The notes under the pieces were generated by a model that was not told the origin of the DNA, did no database searches, and saw nothing but the letters and a program-made list of their open reading frames with translations. Below, in pieces: positions 30,966-40,399 of a DNA stretch of 64,000 bases. The stretch covers positions 32,001 through 96,000 of the forward strand of contig CAXXWQ010000002.1 in NCBI GenBank assembly GCA_963674945.2, given 5' to 3'. The position numbers and the translations under genes are program-made. Origin of the DNA: an uncultured Desulfosarcina sp. (GTDB lineage: Bacteria > Desulfobacterota > Desulfobacteria > Desulfobacterales > Desulfosarcinaceae). Position 1 is the first letter of the stretch, and each line of letters opens with the position of its first letter.

Positions 30966-31234
30966 GTTTTCGAATTTGATGCGGCGCCAAAAACTGGCTT
31001 CCAAGAAACTCCTTCAATAATACAAAGTAAAAAAGACTTTATACTCGTTCAGCAATGTTGCGTTGGCGAGATCGTGCCCCTTTTTTCTGGTGATGGACGA
31101 CACCTTCGGGATTCATTCCGTTTGCCAAAAACACGAATCCGGAAAGATGTATTATTTGCCAAACGCCCTTCCAAGAAAAGATGTTTTTCGCGTTGCGGGC
31201 ACGGTGTGCGGGGTAGAGCAATGTTTTTTCGGTA

Positions 31235-33004
31235 CTATGGCTTTAGATCAAAGGCAATGATTTTGCTTATGGCATCGGTCAGAATGATCGATCCTTCCTT
31301 GACCACGATGGCGACGACCAGTTCATCTGTTCCATCATTGTCGATATCCCCCAAAAGAAAATCACTGGCACGTCCCTGAAATCCTTGGGTTTCCCATTGG
31401 GGTACGAGACCCATGCCGTTCCAGCGCATGGATACGATTTTTCCATTGTTGTATACTCTCAAGTCTTTCAACATGTTTTTTGAAAGCTCCTCATGCCGGG
31501 CAATGAGCACCTCTGCTTTTCCATCTTTGTCCATGTCAACGATTCGGATGCGTGCAGGAAAATACTGTCTGTTCGGCATTCCGGAATCAACCTTGGGCAA
31601 GTTGAAATAGAGTTTGTTTCCACCCGAATGCTCGGTGTCCTCCCAGATTTTTTCACCGTTGGTTCTGTAAATACGGATTTTGTCCCATTCGTTGTAGGCA
31701 ACGACGACGCTGCTTCCCGTTTGCGTGATATCCCCATACGCCATCCCCATGAGGTTGGCCTTTCGGCCCGGCAGTACTTGTCTGCCGGGTGCAATGCGGT
31801 CTCCCTGCCAGTTCATCTCCAGAATCGGTTCCAGAAAAATGGATTCGGCAGCATAACGGTGACGCTGGCCCAGAAGCACGTTGCCCTTGTCCGGGGTGGT
31901 CGCTACACGATAATACCAGTTGTTGCCGTCGGAAATCGTCTTGTAGGTATCGCCGGAGTATTCGAGGACGAACGAGTCTACGATGGTATTTCCCGAACCG
32001 AGGCTGCTAATATACAGTTCGGGCGTTCCATTTCCGTTTACATCGGCTGCGTCCACACTGATATAAGTGCTTTTGCCGGAATCGGCGGCAACCTCTTTTT
32101 TGATCAACCGACCGTTTTCCATGCGGTAGATGGATACTTCGTTGCCTGAAACAACAACCAATTCCTTGCGACTGTCATTGTCAACATCCGCTATTGCCAG
32201 GCCGGTGATGAGGGCCTTGAAATTCCGGCTTCTCCAGAAGGTCTGTTCCTGGTCGGCAGTACTTGCCGTGGCCGGGGCGGTAACCACGAATGCCGGATTG
32301 GGAGCCTGGTAATTCGTGCCGGCGGTAGCAGGCACCGGGTTTTGTACGGTTGTACCGGCAGGAGGGCGGGGGGCGGCGTTATCATCGGGGTGCAACAGTT
32401 TTTCCGGATGCATGCGCGGATCATAGTCCGGCGCTGTCGGTTGTCCCTGGGGGACAGGTACCACGGCGATATTGGGTTGGGCAGCCGGCTGTGTTGCGGG
32501 ACGTTGAACGGTACCACGTCCGAAGACGGTCTGGTTGATGTTGGTGGCGAACTGGTTGATCTGCGGGATCACTCCCCCCATACTGCTGGTCTGGGCGAAA
32601 AAGGGCATCGGTGGTTGCTGCCCGTTGACATCCACCATTTTGGCATCGATGCTCACACTCTCTCCAAGCACCGTAATACTGCCGAAAAGCACGTAATCGG
32701 CCTTCAATTTCCCCCCTACCAGAAGGGCTCGGCTTTCGCCGTCGAAATTGTCTGTCTGTGCCAGGGCCGTCCTGATCTCGCTTTTGTCGATCACTTCCAC
32801 CCGATCCCGCCATTCGATACGGGAGGCGAGCATGTCCACGATCCCCTCCTGCAGAAATGTCAGGTCTTTTTCCGCGTTTACGTCAAAGGGCAGGATTGCC
32901 ACCCGCGTGGTGGCGGCAATGGTCGGTTCTGCGGCGAAGAGAAACAGCAGGGTGATTACTATCGGCAGAATGATTCTGCTTAGATTATGAGGTTGCTTTT
33001 CCAA
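31235..33004 (-). CDS. secreted FG-GAP/VCBS-repeat protein with TolB_N/CsgG-like N-terminal domain
   Basis: Signal peptide; VAILPF and ADYVLFGSI..SIDAK N-domain; Pro/Gln linker; DVDNDS, DVNGNG, DMDKDG and DIDNDG repeats. Confidence 0.82.
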   Translation of the reverse strand: MEKQPHNLSRIILPIVITLLFLFAAEPTIAATTRVAILPFDVNAEKDLTFLQEGIVDMLASRIEWRDRVEVIDKSEIRTALAQTDNFDGESRALLVGGKLKADYVLFGSITVLGESVSIDAKMVDVNGQQPPMPFFAQTSSMGGVIPQINQFATNINQTVFGRGTVQRPATQPAAQPNIAVVPVPQGQPTAPDYDPRMHPEKLLHPDDNAAPRPPAGTTVQNPVPATAGTNYQAPNPAFVVTAPATASTADQEQTFWRSRNFKALITGLAIADVDNDSRKELVVVSGNEVSIYRMENGRLIKKEVAADSGKSTYISVDAADVNGNGTPELYISSLGSGNTIVDSFVLEYSGDTYKTISDGNNWYYRVATTPDKGNVLLGQRHRYAAESIFLEPILEMNWQGDRIAPGRQVLPGRKANLMGMAYGDITQTGSSVVVAYNEWDKIRIYRTNGEKIWEDTEHSGGNKLYFNLPKVDSGMPNRQYFPARIRIVDMDKDGKAEVLIARHEELSKNMLKDLRVYNNGKIVSMRWNGMGLVPQWETQGFQGRASDFLLGDIDNDGTDELVVAIVVKEGSIILTDAISKIIAFDLKP

Positions 33005-33019
33005 GGGGGAACTCCTGTT

Positions 33020-33436
33020 TTAATGGCGCATCGGTTGTATTGGGTAAATCGTGACATCGATATGCTTCTGAAAGAGAAGAAAGTCGTTATCGTTGGTTAA
33101 GATAGACATTTTATGATGAAAGGCAGCCGCACAAATGAGAAAGTCCGTATTGGAACCTTGGATACCATTTGAACGGCAGGTAGTGAAGAATTTGGCCGCG
33201 AGTTCATAGTCGTCGGGAGAATGCTTTAGATCAGGGAACGCTCTAAGTATGCTTCTAAGTTTTTCAAACGGAGCTTTTGATTTTACGCTTGATAAAATTT
33301 CCTGCCGGATGGCTCCCATCATTTGAACACGCCCGTCGGCAATCAGATCGTTTAAGGCGTTCATTTCAGGTCCTGCGATTTGGTTTTTTCTGCGTAGGGC
33401 GAGAGACCAGATGCAGGTGTCGACAATCACTTTCAC
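33020..33436 (-). CDS. vapC: PIN-domain toxin
   Basis: VIVDTCIWS, QEIL, DFLICA and LTNDNDF acidic PIN motif set. Confidence 0.9.
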   Translation of the reverse strand: MKVIVDTCIWSLALRRKNQIAGPEMNALNDLIADGRVQMMGAIRQEILSSVKSKAPFEKLRSILRAFPDLKHSPDDYELAAKFFTTCRSNGIQGSNTDFLICAAAFHHKMSILTNDNDFLLFQKHIDVTIYPIQPMRH

Positions 33437-33636
33437 TATTCGACGTTCCGCTGGGCTTTGTAATCGTAATCGGGATCGAGATCGATTTTGCCGAATAGTT
33501 TGATGATTTCCATCTGTTTCCGGCGTTGGATGTACTCTCTCAATGCTTCTGTTACGACGGCTTTCTTCGTCTTCAACCCACTGATTTCCTTGGCTTCGTT
33601 TATTAATTGGTCATCTATGGCAAGGTTGGTTGGCAT
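33436..33636 (-). CDS. vapB: VapB-family antitoxin
   Basis: MPTNLAIDDQLINEA...KTKKAVVTEALREYI; 1-bp overlap with vapC; AAGGAG RBS. Confidence 0.88.
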   Translation of the reverse strand: MPTNLAIDDQLINEAKEISGLKTKKAVVTEALREYIQRRKQMEIIKLFGKIDLDPDYDYKAQRNVE

Positions 33637-33703
33637 TTTTTGCACTCCTTTTTACACAAAAACTTACACATAAAGACCAGGAAGTCAATCTACGCTAAGC
33701 TTT

Positions 33704-35131
33704 TTAATTCAATTTTTTCCGCAATATCTCATTGACCACCTTGGGATTGGCTTTCCCCTTGGTCTGCTTCATCACCTGGCCCACGAAAAAGCTCATGAGC
33801 TTCTTCTGGCCGCCCTGGTATCGGGCCACTTCATCGGGATGGTCGGCGATGATGGTATCGACGATGGGGTCGATGGCCGATGTATCGGAGACCTGCACAA
33901 GGCCCTTCTCCTCCACGATGGTTTTGGCGGTTTTTCCGGTTTCGGCCATGGTTTCGAATACGCTTTTCGCGATCTTTCCGCTGATCACATCGGCATCCAG
34001 AAGCTTCAGCAGCCCCCCCAGATTTTCCGGGGAGACGGGCGAATCGTCGATCGTAAGCCCCTTTGCGTTCAAGAGGCCCAGAAGATCCCCCATGATCCAG
34101 TTGGCCACGGGCTTGGGCTGGTCGAAATGGTCCAGACAGGCTTCGAAATAGTCGGCCAGTTCGCGGCTTGCCGTCAGGACCCGGGCATCGGCGGAAGGAA
34201 GGCCGAAGTCTTTCATGTACCTGGCTTTCCGCTGGGCCGGCAACTCCGGCATCTGGGCCCTCATTTCATCGATCCAACTCTCGTCGATGACCAGGGGAAG
34301 AAGGTCCGGATCGGGAAAATAGCGATAGTCATGGGCGTCTTCCTTGCCCCGCATGGAGACGGTCTGCCCCTTGTCCGGCTCCCAGAGCCGGGTTTCCTGG
34401 ACCACCTGTCCGCCGTCGAGGATGATCTCTTTTTGTCGGGCGATTTCGTGGGCGATGGCTTTTTCCACGTGTTTGAAGGAGTTGAGGTTTTTTACCTCGG
34501 TGCGGGTTCCGAAGGTAGTGGAACCGGCCGGCATGATGGAGACGTTGGCATCGCATCGAAAACTTCCTTCCTCCATGTTGCCGTCACTGATGTCCAGATA
34601 GCGCAGGATGGACCGCAACTGACGAAGGTATTCACCGGCGGCCTCCGGACTGCGAATGTCCGGTTCGCTGACGATCTCCATGAGCGGCACCCCGGTCCGA
34701 TTCAGGTCCACGCGGCTGATGGGACGGTCCGGATCGTGAATGAGCTTTCCGGCATCCTCCTCCATGTGAATGCGGGTGATGCCGATGTGCAGCATCTCAT
34801 CGTCGACTTCGATGTCCAGGTGGCCGTCGGTGGCAATGGGCAGTTCGTATTGGGAGATCTGGTAGCCCTTTGGCAGATCCGGATAGAAGTAGTTTTTTCG
34901 GGCGAACCGGCTTTCCGGTTGCACGGTGCAACCGGTGGCAAGGGCCATCTTGATGGTGTAATCCACCACTTTTTTGTTGAGAACCGGCAAGACGCCCGGC
35001 ATGCCAAGACAAACCGGACAGGTGTGGGTGTTGGGCGGCGATCCGAAGGCGGTGGAACAGCCGCAGAAAATCTTGGTTCGGGTTTTCAGCTGGGCATGTA
35101 CTTCCAGGCCGATAACGGATGTAAATTCCAT
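33704..35131 (-). CDS. gatB: Asp/Glu-tRNA amidotransferase subunit B
   Basis: [43 protein letters not shown] and FVGQVMK. Confidence 0.98.
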   Translation of the reverse strand: MEFTSVIGLEVHAQLKTRTKIFCGCSTAFGSPPNTHTCPVCLGMPGVLPVLNKKVVDYTIKMALATGCTVQPESRFARKNYFYPDLPKGYQISQYELPIATDGHLDIEVDDEMLHIGITRIHMEEDAGKLIHDPDRPISRVDLNRTGVPLMEIVSEPDIRSPEAAGEYLRQLRSILRYLDISDGNMEEGSFRCDANVSIMPAGSTTFGTRTEVKNLNSFKHVEKAIAHEIARQKEIILDGGQVVQETRLWEPDKGQTVSMRGKEDAHDYRYFPDPDLLPLVIDESWIDEMRAQMPELPAQRKARYMKDFGLPSADARVLTASRELADYFEACLDHFDQPKPVANWIMGDLLGLLNAKGLTIDDSPVSPENLGGLLKLLDADVISGKIAKSVFETMAETGKTAKTIVEEKGLVQVSDTSAIDPIVDTIIADHPDEVARYQGGQKKLMSFFVGQVMKQTKGKANPKVVNEILRKKLN

Positions 35132-35214
35132 GGGATCATTCCATGTGGATTTCGGTTAAAGTGATTATTGGCGTTGGTCGTCCACATCGCGATTATCTTG
35201 ACTCATTCCAATAT

Positions 35215-35360
35215 CAGTGTCCATCCAGAAATAGGAAAATTTGTTCGAGATCGAGGCGCACGAAAAATTTTACCGGAGGCATATGGTTGATATTCCGAGG
35301 ATAAAATTTTTCGTGCAACGAAGATATCGGGCAAATTGGCCATTTCTGGATAGACAATAG
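35215..35360. repeat. ~145-bp palindromic MITE-like element
   Basis: Termini TGTCCATCCAGAAAT / ATTTCTGGATAGACA; perfect internal 15-bp IR GCACGAAAAATTTTA / TAAAATTTTTCGTGC. Confidence 0.75.
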
Positions 35361-35519
35361 CGAGCACTATCACCAACGGCAACGATTGTAAAGACTAGCA
35401 GGCATGGGATGACAGGGCAACCACATTTGGTGTACTATTTTGCCAGATCAGAAAACATATGATTATTCACAAAAGGAAAGGGTGTACCCTAACCCATCAT
35501 GGCAAAAGGAGGAACGCGC

Positions 35520-36296
35520 ATGAACGAGACCGTATCCTTTACTCATCTGGACAATCATCTCGGTGAAATTACCCTCAATCGTCCCGATCAACTCAATACC
35601 CTGACGATGGAAATGGCATCGCAGCTTACGACGGCGTTGCGAAGGGCAGACACCGACCCATCGGTACGGGTTGTGATCCTCAGGGGATCGGGAAGGGCCT
35701 TTTGTGCGGGGATCGACGTGGGTGGTTTCTCCGATAAGAGCACGATGGCCTATCGGGACTGGGTGGCCGCCATGGAGGCACCACTGGTGACCATGGGCCA
35801 AATAAAAAAGCCGGTGATTGCCCAGGTACAGGGCGTTGCGGCGGCAAATGGAGCCGGACTGGTGGCCGCAGCCGATCTTGCCATCGCCGCCGACAATGCC
35901 AGAATCGGTCTTACCGCCATCAATGTGGGGCTCAACTGTGTTGGACCGGTCATCCCCGTGACGCGATCCGTCGGACGCAAGCGTGCCCTGGAACTATTGT
36001 TGTACGGCGAGTTGATATCTGCCCCAAAAGCCCTGGAAATGGGGTTGATCAACAAGGTGGTGCCCGCCGCGGATCTCGAGATGGAAACCCGAAGATGGGC
36101 CGGCATCCTTGCCCAAAAGAGCCCGATCGCCGTCCAAATCGCCAAGTCGGCCTTTTACCGGGCCGCGGACTTGAGTTACGATCAGGCCTTCGAATACATG
36201 AACGAGGCCTTTGCCCGGCTCTGCTCCACCGAAGATGCCAAGGAGGGCGTCGCGGCATTTTTGGAAAAGCGAAAGCCCACATGGCATGAAAAGTGA
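35520..36296 (+). CDS. enoyl-CoA hydratase/isomerase family protein
   Basis: ITLNRP, AFCAGID, KPVIAQVQG and EGVAAFLEKRKP; GGAGG RBS. Confidence 0.9.
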   Translation: MNETVSFTHLDNHLGEITLNRPDQLNTLTMEMASQLTTALRRADTDPSVRVVILRGSGRAFCAGIDVGGFSDKSTMAYRDWVAAMEAPLVTMGQIKKPVIAQVQGVAAANGAGLVAAADLAIAADNARIGLTAINVGLNCVGPVIPVTRSVGRKRALELLLYGELISAPKALEMGLINKVVPAADLEMETRRWAGILAQKSPIAVQIAKSAFYRAADLSYDQAFEYMNEAFARLCSTEDAKEGVAAFLEKRKPTWHEK

Positions 36297-36508
36297 CAAA
36301 TGATCATGAAAGGTGAAGGTTCGCGAACCGTGCAGTGATAAAAGAAAGCGGATCGGGCTGGAAAAAGGGATTTTCGTTGCGTTGCGGCTGTCAAGAAACC
36401 GAATTCGGGCAAGCTCGGAAGGCAAGCCATTTGGTCTTGCCCTCTCTATTCAAATCACCTAAAAGAAGAGGGATTGTATTTAAACGGTTCACAGCGAGGG
36501 TATTTTCC

Positions 36509-36916
36509 ATGGGCGCCACCCATGAAATCCAACTGACAGTCCCCTTCCATGATCTGGACCCCATGCAGGTCGTGTGGCATGGAAATTACTTCAAATACTT
36601 CGACAAGGCCAGATTCGCCCTGTTCGAATCGGTAGGGATCGATCTGTACCACTACCTGACGAACCACCAGATGGTCTTTCCCATCACCCGTTCTTCCATC
36701 AAACACATCCAACCCCTGCGTTTCGGCGACCGATTCATCTGCCGGGCCAGGGTTACCGAGGCGCGCTATAAAATCGCCATGGATTTCGAGATCCGTCTTT
36801 CGGATACCGGAAACGTCTGCACCCGTGGCAAAGGGGAGCAGGTGGTCGTGAAGCTGCCGGACATGGCCCTGGATTTCGAGATACCACCGGAAATCACCCG
36901 GGCGTTGGGGTTCTGA
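36509..36916 (+). CDS. acyl-CoA/ACP thioesterase (4HBT/YbgC hot-dog fold)
   Basis: VPFHDLDPMQVVWHGNYFKYFDKAR motif. Confidence 0.88.
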   Translation: MGATHEIQLTVPFHDLDPMQVVWHGNYFKYFDKARFALFESVGIDLYHYLTNHQMVFPITRSSIKHIQPLRFGDRFICRARVTEARYKIAMDFEIRLSDTGNVCTRGKGEQVVVKLPDMALDFEIPPEITRALGF

Positions 36917-36918
36917 CC

Positions 36919-38631
36919 ATGAACGTTGGCCTATCCGCGGCGCTTACGGCCGGTTGTGAACGGCTTTGCGCCTGGTCTGACCTTCTGGATGAGATCAACG
37001 TGTTTCCCGTGGCGGATGCCGATACGGGTCGTAATCTCAAAATCAGCCTTTCTCCACTGATCGGTCTTGACGGTTCCATGGCCCGGCGGCGTCGGCAGCT
37101 GATCGCCTCCGCCACCGGGAATTCAGGAACCATTGCCGCCGCCTTTCTCTCCCCTTTTCTGGAGAAGATCGCCGAATCGCCCCTGTCCCATGCTGTTTCA
37201 GCGGGCAGATCCGCGGCGTGGCAGGCCGTTGCCGATCCGAAACCGGGAACCATGCTCTCGGTGTTTGACGAACTCGATAAAGCTGCAGGATCACTTTCCG
37301 GGAATCCGGAAAAAGCGGATATCGACCACATCGTCGACGTGTTGGCGGAGGCCGTTGGATCCACGGTCCGGCAACTGCCCCAACTCGAACAGGCGGGCGT
37401 GGTGGATGCCGGCGCCCTGGGCATGTTCATTTTCTTCGAAGGATTCTTTCGGCACCTGATCGGCGACACGATGGCGCTGGAACCCATCGGTCGCCGTTTC
37501 CGCGGCAGTCTGCATGTGGCGGGTGCGGTCGGCCCCACCGGTTATGTAGGATATTGTGTGAATGCGGTACTTTCCGTACCGGATGCCGCCGGTGTCCCGG
37601 ACATGACCGCTCCATTGGGTGACAGCGTGGTGGCCCTGCCCGACGGGGACCGGGTTCGACTCCACCTGCACACCCGAAACCGTGAGGAGACCCGGGATCG
37701 GCTGCAATCCGTAGGAAGGATCATCCAGTGGAAAGAGGCCTCCATGGAGGTGGAAATGCCGAAAACCACGACATTGGGGGCGACCCGTGCGGTTCACCTG
37801 ATGACCGATGCGGCCGGTTCCATATCCCGATCCGAGGCCCGGGAACTGGGGATCACACTGCTGGACAGCTATCTGGTAACGGGTGATGCGCGCGTACCGG
37901 AAACCCTCTTCGATGAAAAGCGGCTCTATCGGCAAATATCCGCCGGCCATCGTGTCACCACGGCACAGGCATCGGTGTTCGAAAAGTACCAGAGCTACCA
38001 GAGCGTCGTGGATCGATACCGCCAGGTCGTCTACCTGACCGTGGGGTCGGTCTATACGGGCAATTTCAATGCGGCCGAAAGGTGGAGGAACAAGAACGGC
38101 AATACCGACCGGTTCATGGCCGTGGATACCGGGGCGGCTTCTGGCCGTCTGGCGTTGATCGTGCGCATGACGGCACACTCGACCCGGGCGGAAAAATCGA
38201 TGAATCGCACCGCGGACATCGCACGGCAGTATGTGGACAACTGCGATGAACTGGTATTTCTGGATCAGCTGAAACATTTGGCGGCGGGCGGGCGAATTTC
38301 TAGATCCAAGGGCTTTTTCGGCGATTTGCTGGGCATGAAACCGGTGATCCGTCCGGCGAAAGACGGTGCTGCCAAGGTGGCCACCTTGCGAAAACGGAAA
38401 GATCAGCTTCCCTTTGCCCTGGATTATCTTTCGGCACGGTTTTCCAAAAACGAGCCGTTGACCCTTCTCCTTCAGTATGCCGACGAGGAATCGCGGGTGC
38501 GAAAAGAGATTTTGCCCCGATTCCGAAACCATTTTCCTCGATCCAGGATTTTGGTGACCCGGCTGTCGTTGACTTCCGGGGCACATATGGGGCCAGGGAC
38601 GTGGGCCGTGGCCTATTGCCCTGAAATATAG
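36919..38631 (+). CDS. DAK2 (FakA-like)-DegV (FakB-like) fusion protein
   Basis: N-terminal INVFPVADADTGRNL, GNSG and VVDAGA; C-terminal MTDAA, TTAQAS, GGRIS, MKPVI and GAHMGPG. Confidence 0.85.
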   Translation: MNVGLSAALTAGCERLCAWSDLLDEINVFPVADADTGRNLKISLSPLIGLDGSMARRRRQLIASATGNSGTIAAAFLSPFLEKIAESPLSHAVSAGRSAAWQAVADPKPGTMLSVFDELDKAAGSLSGNPEKADIDHIVDVLAEAVGSTVRQLPQLEQAGVVDAGALGMFIFFEGFFRHLIGDTMALEPIGRRFRGSLHVAGAVGPTGYVGYCVNAVLSVPDAAGVPDMTAPLGDSVVALPDGDRVRLHLHTRNREETRDRLQSVGRIIQWKEASMEVEMPKTTTLGATRAVHLMTDAAGSISRSEARELGITLLDSYLVTGDARVPETLFDEKRLYRQISAGHRVTTAQASVFEKYQSYQSVVDRYRQVVYLTVGSVYTGNFNAAERWRNKNGNTDRFMAVDTGAASGRLALIVRMTAHSTRAEKSMNRTADIARQYVDNCDELVFLDQLKHLAAGGRISRSKGFFGDLLGMKPVIRPAKDGAAKVATLRKRKDQLPFALDYLSARFSKNEPLTLLLQYADEESRVRKEILPRFRNHFPRSRILVTRLSLTSGAHMGPGTWAVAYCPEI

Positions 38632-38668
38632 GCCTATATGTTAAAAACAGTAACAATGGAGATGTTGC

Positions 38669-38974
38669 GTGATGAGATATTTCGTTAGAATCGCTTTGAT
38701 GATGGCGGCCGTCAGCGTGCTGTTCGTATCCGGGTGTGCCTATGTCAATGTGAAAACGCCGTATGACGCGGACTTGAACCAGACCACCTTGGGGCCGAAA
38801 ACGGGTATGGCCCAGGCCCACAGCGTCCTGTGGCTTTTTGCCTGGGGAGATGCCAGTTATGCGGCGGCGGCGAAAAACGGTGGCATCACCACCATGCAAC
38901 ATGCCGATCAGGAGGTATTCACCGTCTTGTTCGGTCTCTATTCCCGGTGGCGGGTGGTGGTCTATGGCGAGTGA
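38669..38974 (+). CDS. TRL-like small lipoprotein
   Basis: Lipobox VSGC; K.G.A....LWLFAWGDASY.AA..NGGIT...HAD pattern. Confidence 0.75.
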   Translation: MMRYFVRIALMMAAVSVLFVSGCAYVNVKTPYDADLNQTTLGPKTGMAQAHSVLWLFAWGDASYAAAAKNGGITTMQHADQEVFTVLFGLYSRWRVVVYGE

Positions 38975-39377
38975 TAACCGGATGAATCGCGGGTGGCATT
39001 GGTTTTGGCGACTACTGATGGTGGCTGTTGCGGCATGTGCTTCGGGGTGTGGCACAGGGCCGCTTGTGGGGATCGTCTATACCAACGTCAAGCTTCCCTT
39101 TACCAGGGATCTTGCCAATACGCCGGTTCCGGCGGACTTGCCCCACTCCGATCGGGTCCTTGAGATCAAAGAACCGCTTTCCGGGCTGGGGCTGTACACG
39201 CGTCTCAATTCCAACGCCTTCGGCGATATCGCAAGGCAAAACGGTGTCGACCCCCTCTATTTTGCCGATCAGGAGGTGTTCAGTATCCTGGGGGTGTACA
39301 AGACCCATCGGGTATTCCTCTACGGTAAAACCATACCGGATCCGTCACCGACACCCGGCCTGGCGGAGGGTCCGTGA
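38964..39377 (+). CDS. TRL-like lipoprotein paralogue
   Basis: Lipobox ASGC; G.VYTNVKLP, ARQNGV..LYFAD...SILG and VFLYG, paralleling the upstream gene; start 38964 or 38982. Confidence 0.65.
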   Translation: MASDNRMNRGWHWFWRLLMVAVAACASGCGTGPLVGIVYTNVKLPFTRDLANTPVPADLPHSDRVLEIKEPLSGLGLYTRLNSNAFGDIARQNGVDPLYFADQEVFSILGVYKTHRVFLYGKTIPDPSPTPGLAEGP

Positions 39378-40108
39378 ACGTCCAAAGGATGACAGACGAC
39401 GGGGGGAATCCGCGATATGCCGTCGTCATTCCCACCTTCAACCATGGGAATCGGGTCGATTCCGTGGTTGACCAGGCAAAGGCACTTAAATGTCCGTTGA
39501 TCGTGGTGGATGACGGTTCGACAGATCGCACTGCACGTCGATTGGAGGCCATGGCGGGCATCTGCGTTCTACGCCACAGGCGAAACCGGGGAAAGGGGGC
39601 GGCCCTGATCACCGGCATGACCGAGGCCGCCAGGATTGCCGACTATGCCGTTACCATGGATGCGGACGGTCAGCATGATCCGGCCCAGGCCAGACGGTTG
39701 ATGGCGGCCGTCCCCAAAGACCGGCGAGTGCTGGTGGTGGGATGCCGGGAGATGGCGGCTGCCCCGTGGACCAGTCGCAAAGGGCGGGCCTTTTCCAATT
39801 TCTGGGTCCGTGTTGCCGGGGGGCCGATGCTCTCCGACTCCCAGAGCGGGTTCCGTATCTATCCCTTGCCCGAGACACTTTCGCTGGGGGTGATCGCCCG
39901 CCGCTATCAATTTGAGGTGGAGGTGCTGGTTCGGGCCGCCTGGCGGGACATTCCGGTAAAGGAAGTTTCCATTGACGCCGATTATGGTGCGCGGCTGCCC
40001 CGCATCTCCCATTTTCGACCGTTTGTGGATTTTTTGCGCAATTTCGGCGCCTTTGCTCGACTTATCACACGAAGGGTGTTTACACCAACCCTATGGCGGC
40101 TCCGCTAG
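39374..40108 (+). CDS. glycosyltransferase family 2
   Basis: VVIPTFN, VVDDGSTD, NRGKGAAL, MDADGQH and DSQSGFRIYP. Confidence 0.92.
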   Translation: MNVQRMTDDGGNPRYAVVIPTFNHGNRVDSVVDQAKALKCPLIVVDDGSTDRTARRLEAMAGICVLRHRRNRGKGAALITGMTEAARIADYAVTMDADGQHDPAQARRLMAAVPKDRRVLVVGCREMAAAPWTSRKGRAFSNFWVRVAGGPMLSDSQSGFRIYPLPETLSLGVIARRYQFEVEVLVRAAWRDIPVKEVSIDADYGARLPRISHFRPFVDFLRNFGAFARLITRRVFTPTLWRLR

Positions 40109-40183
40109 TGCACAATTGTGGTTCAATACATTTCGGGATAGGTCCGGGCGATCCGGAGAGGAAAAATACCAACGTTGATTTTT

Positions 40184-40220
40184 AACCTCGAACATTGAAC
40201 ATCGAACGTCCAACATCGAA
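40184..40220 (+). repeat. degenerate heptamer tandem repeat (AACATCG)
   Basis: AACCTCG AACATTG AACATCG AACGTCC AACATCG in an intergenic gap. Confidence 0.65.
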
Positions 40221-40399
40221 TGATACGATCGCTTCGCTCCATCGTTTTTATGTATGCATTTTTTATCATCCCAAGGCAGGATAAAAAATGAGAGCCTTAA
40301 TTTGACGTTCAAGTTCTTGTGGTTTGTTTTTCAGCCGAGTTTCAATATTCAAAACGGCGATTCTCGGGTTTACGACCCTTCGAAGGGCCTTTATTTGAT

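Noticed and set aside
40184..40220. CRISPR array
   Set aside because: 7-bp tandem units with no spacers; no cas genes or repeat-spacer pattern seen anywhere in the window.
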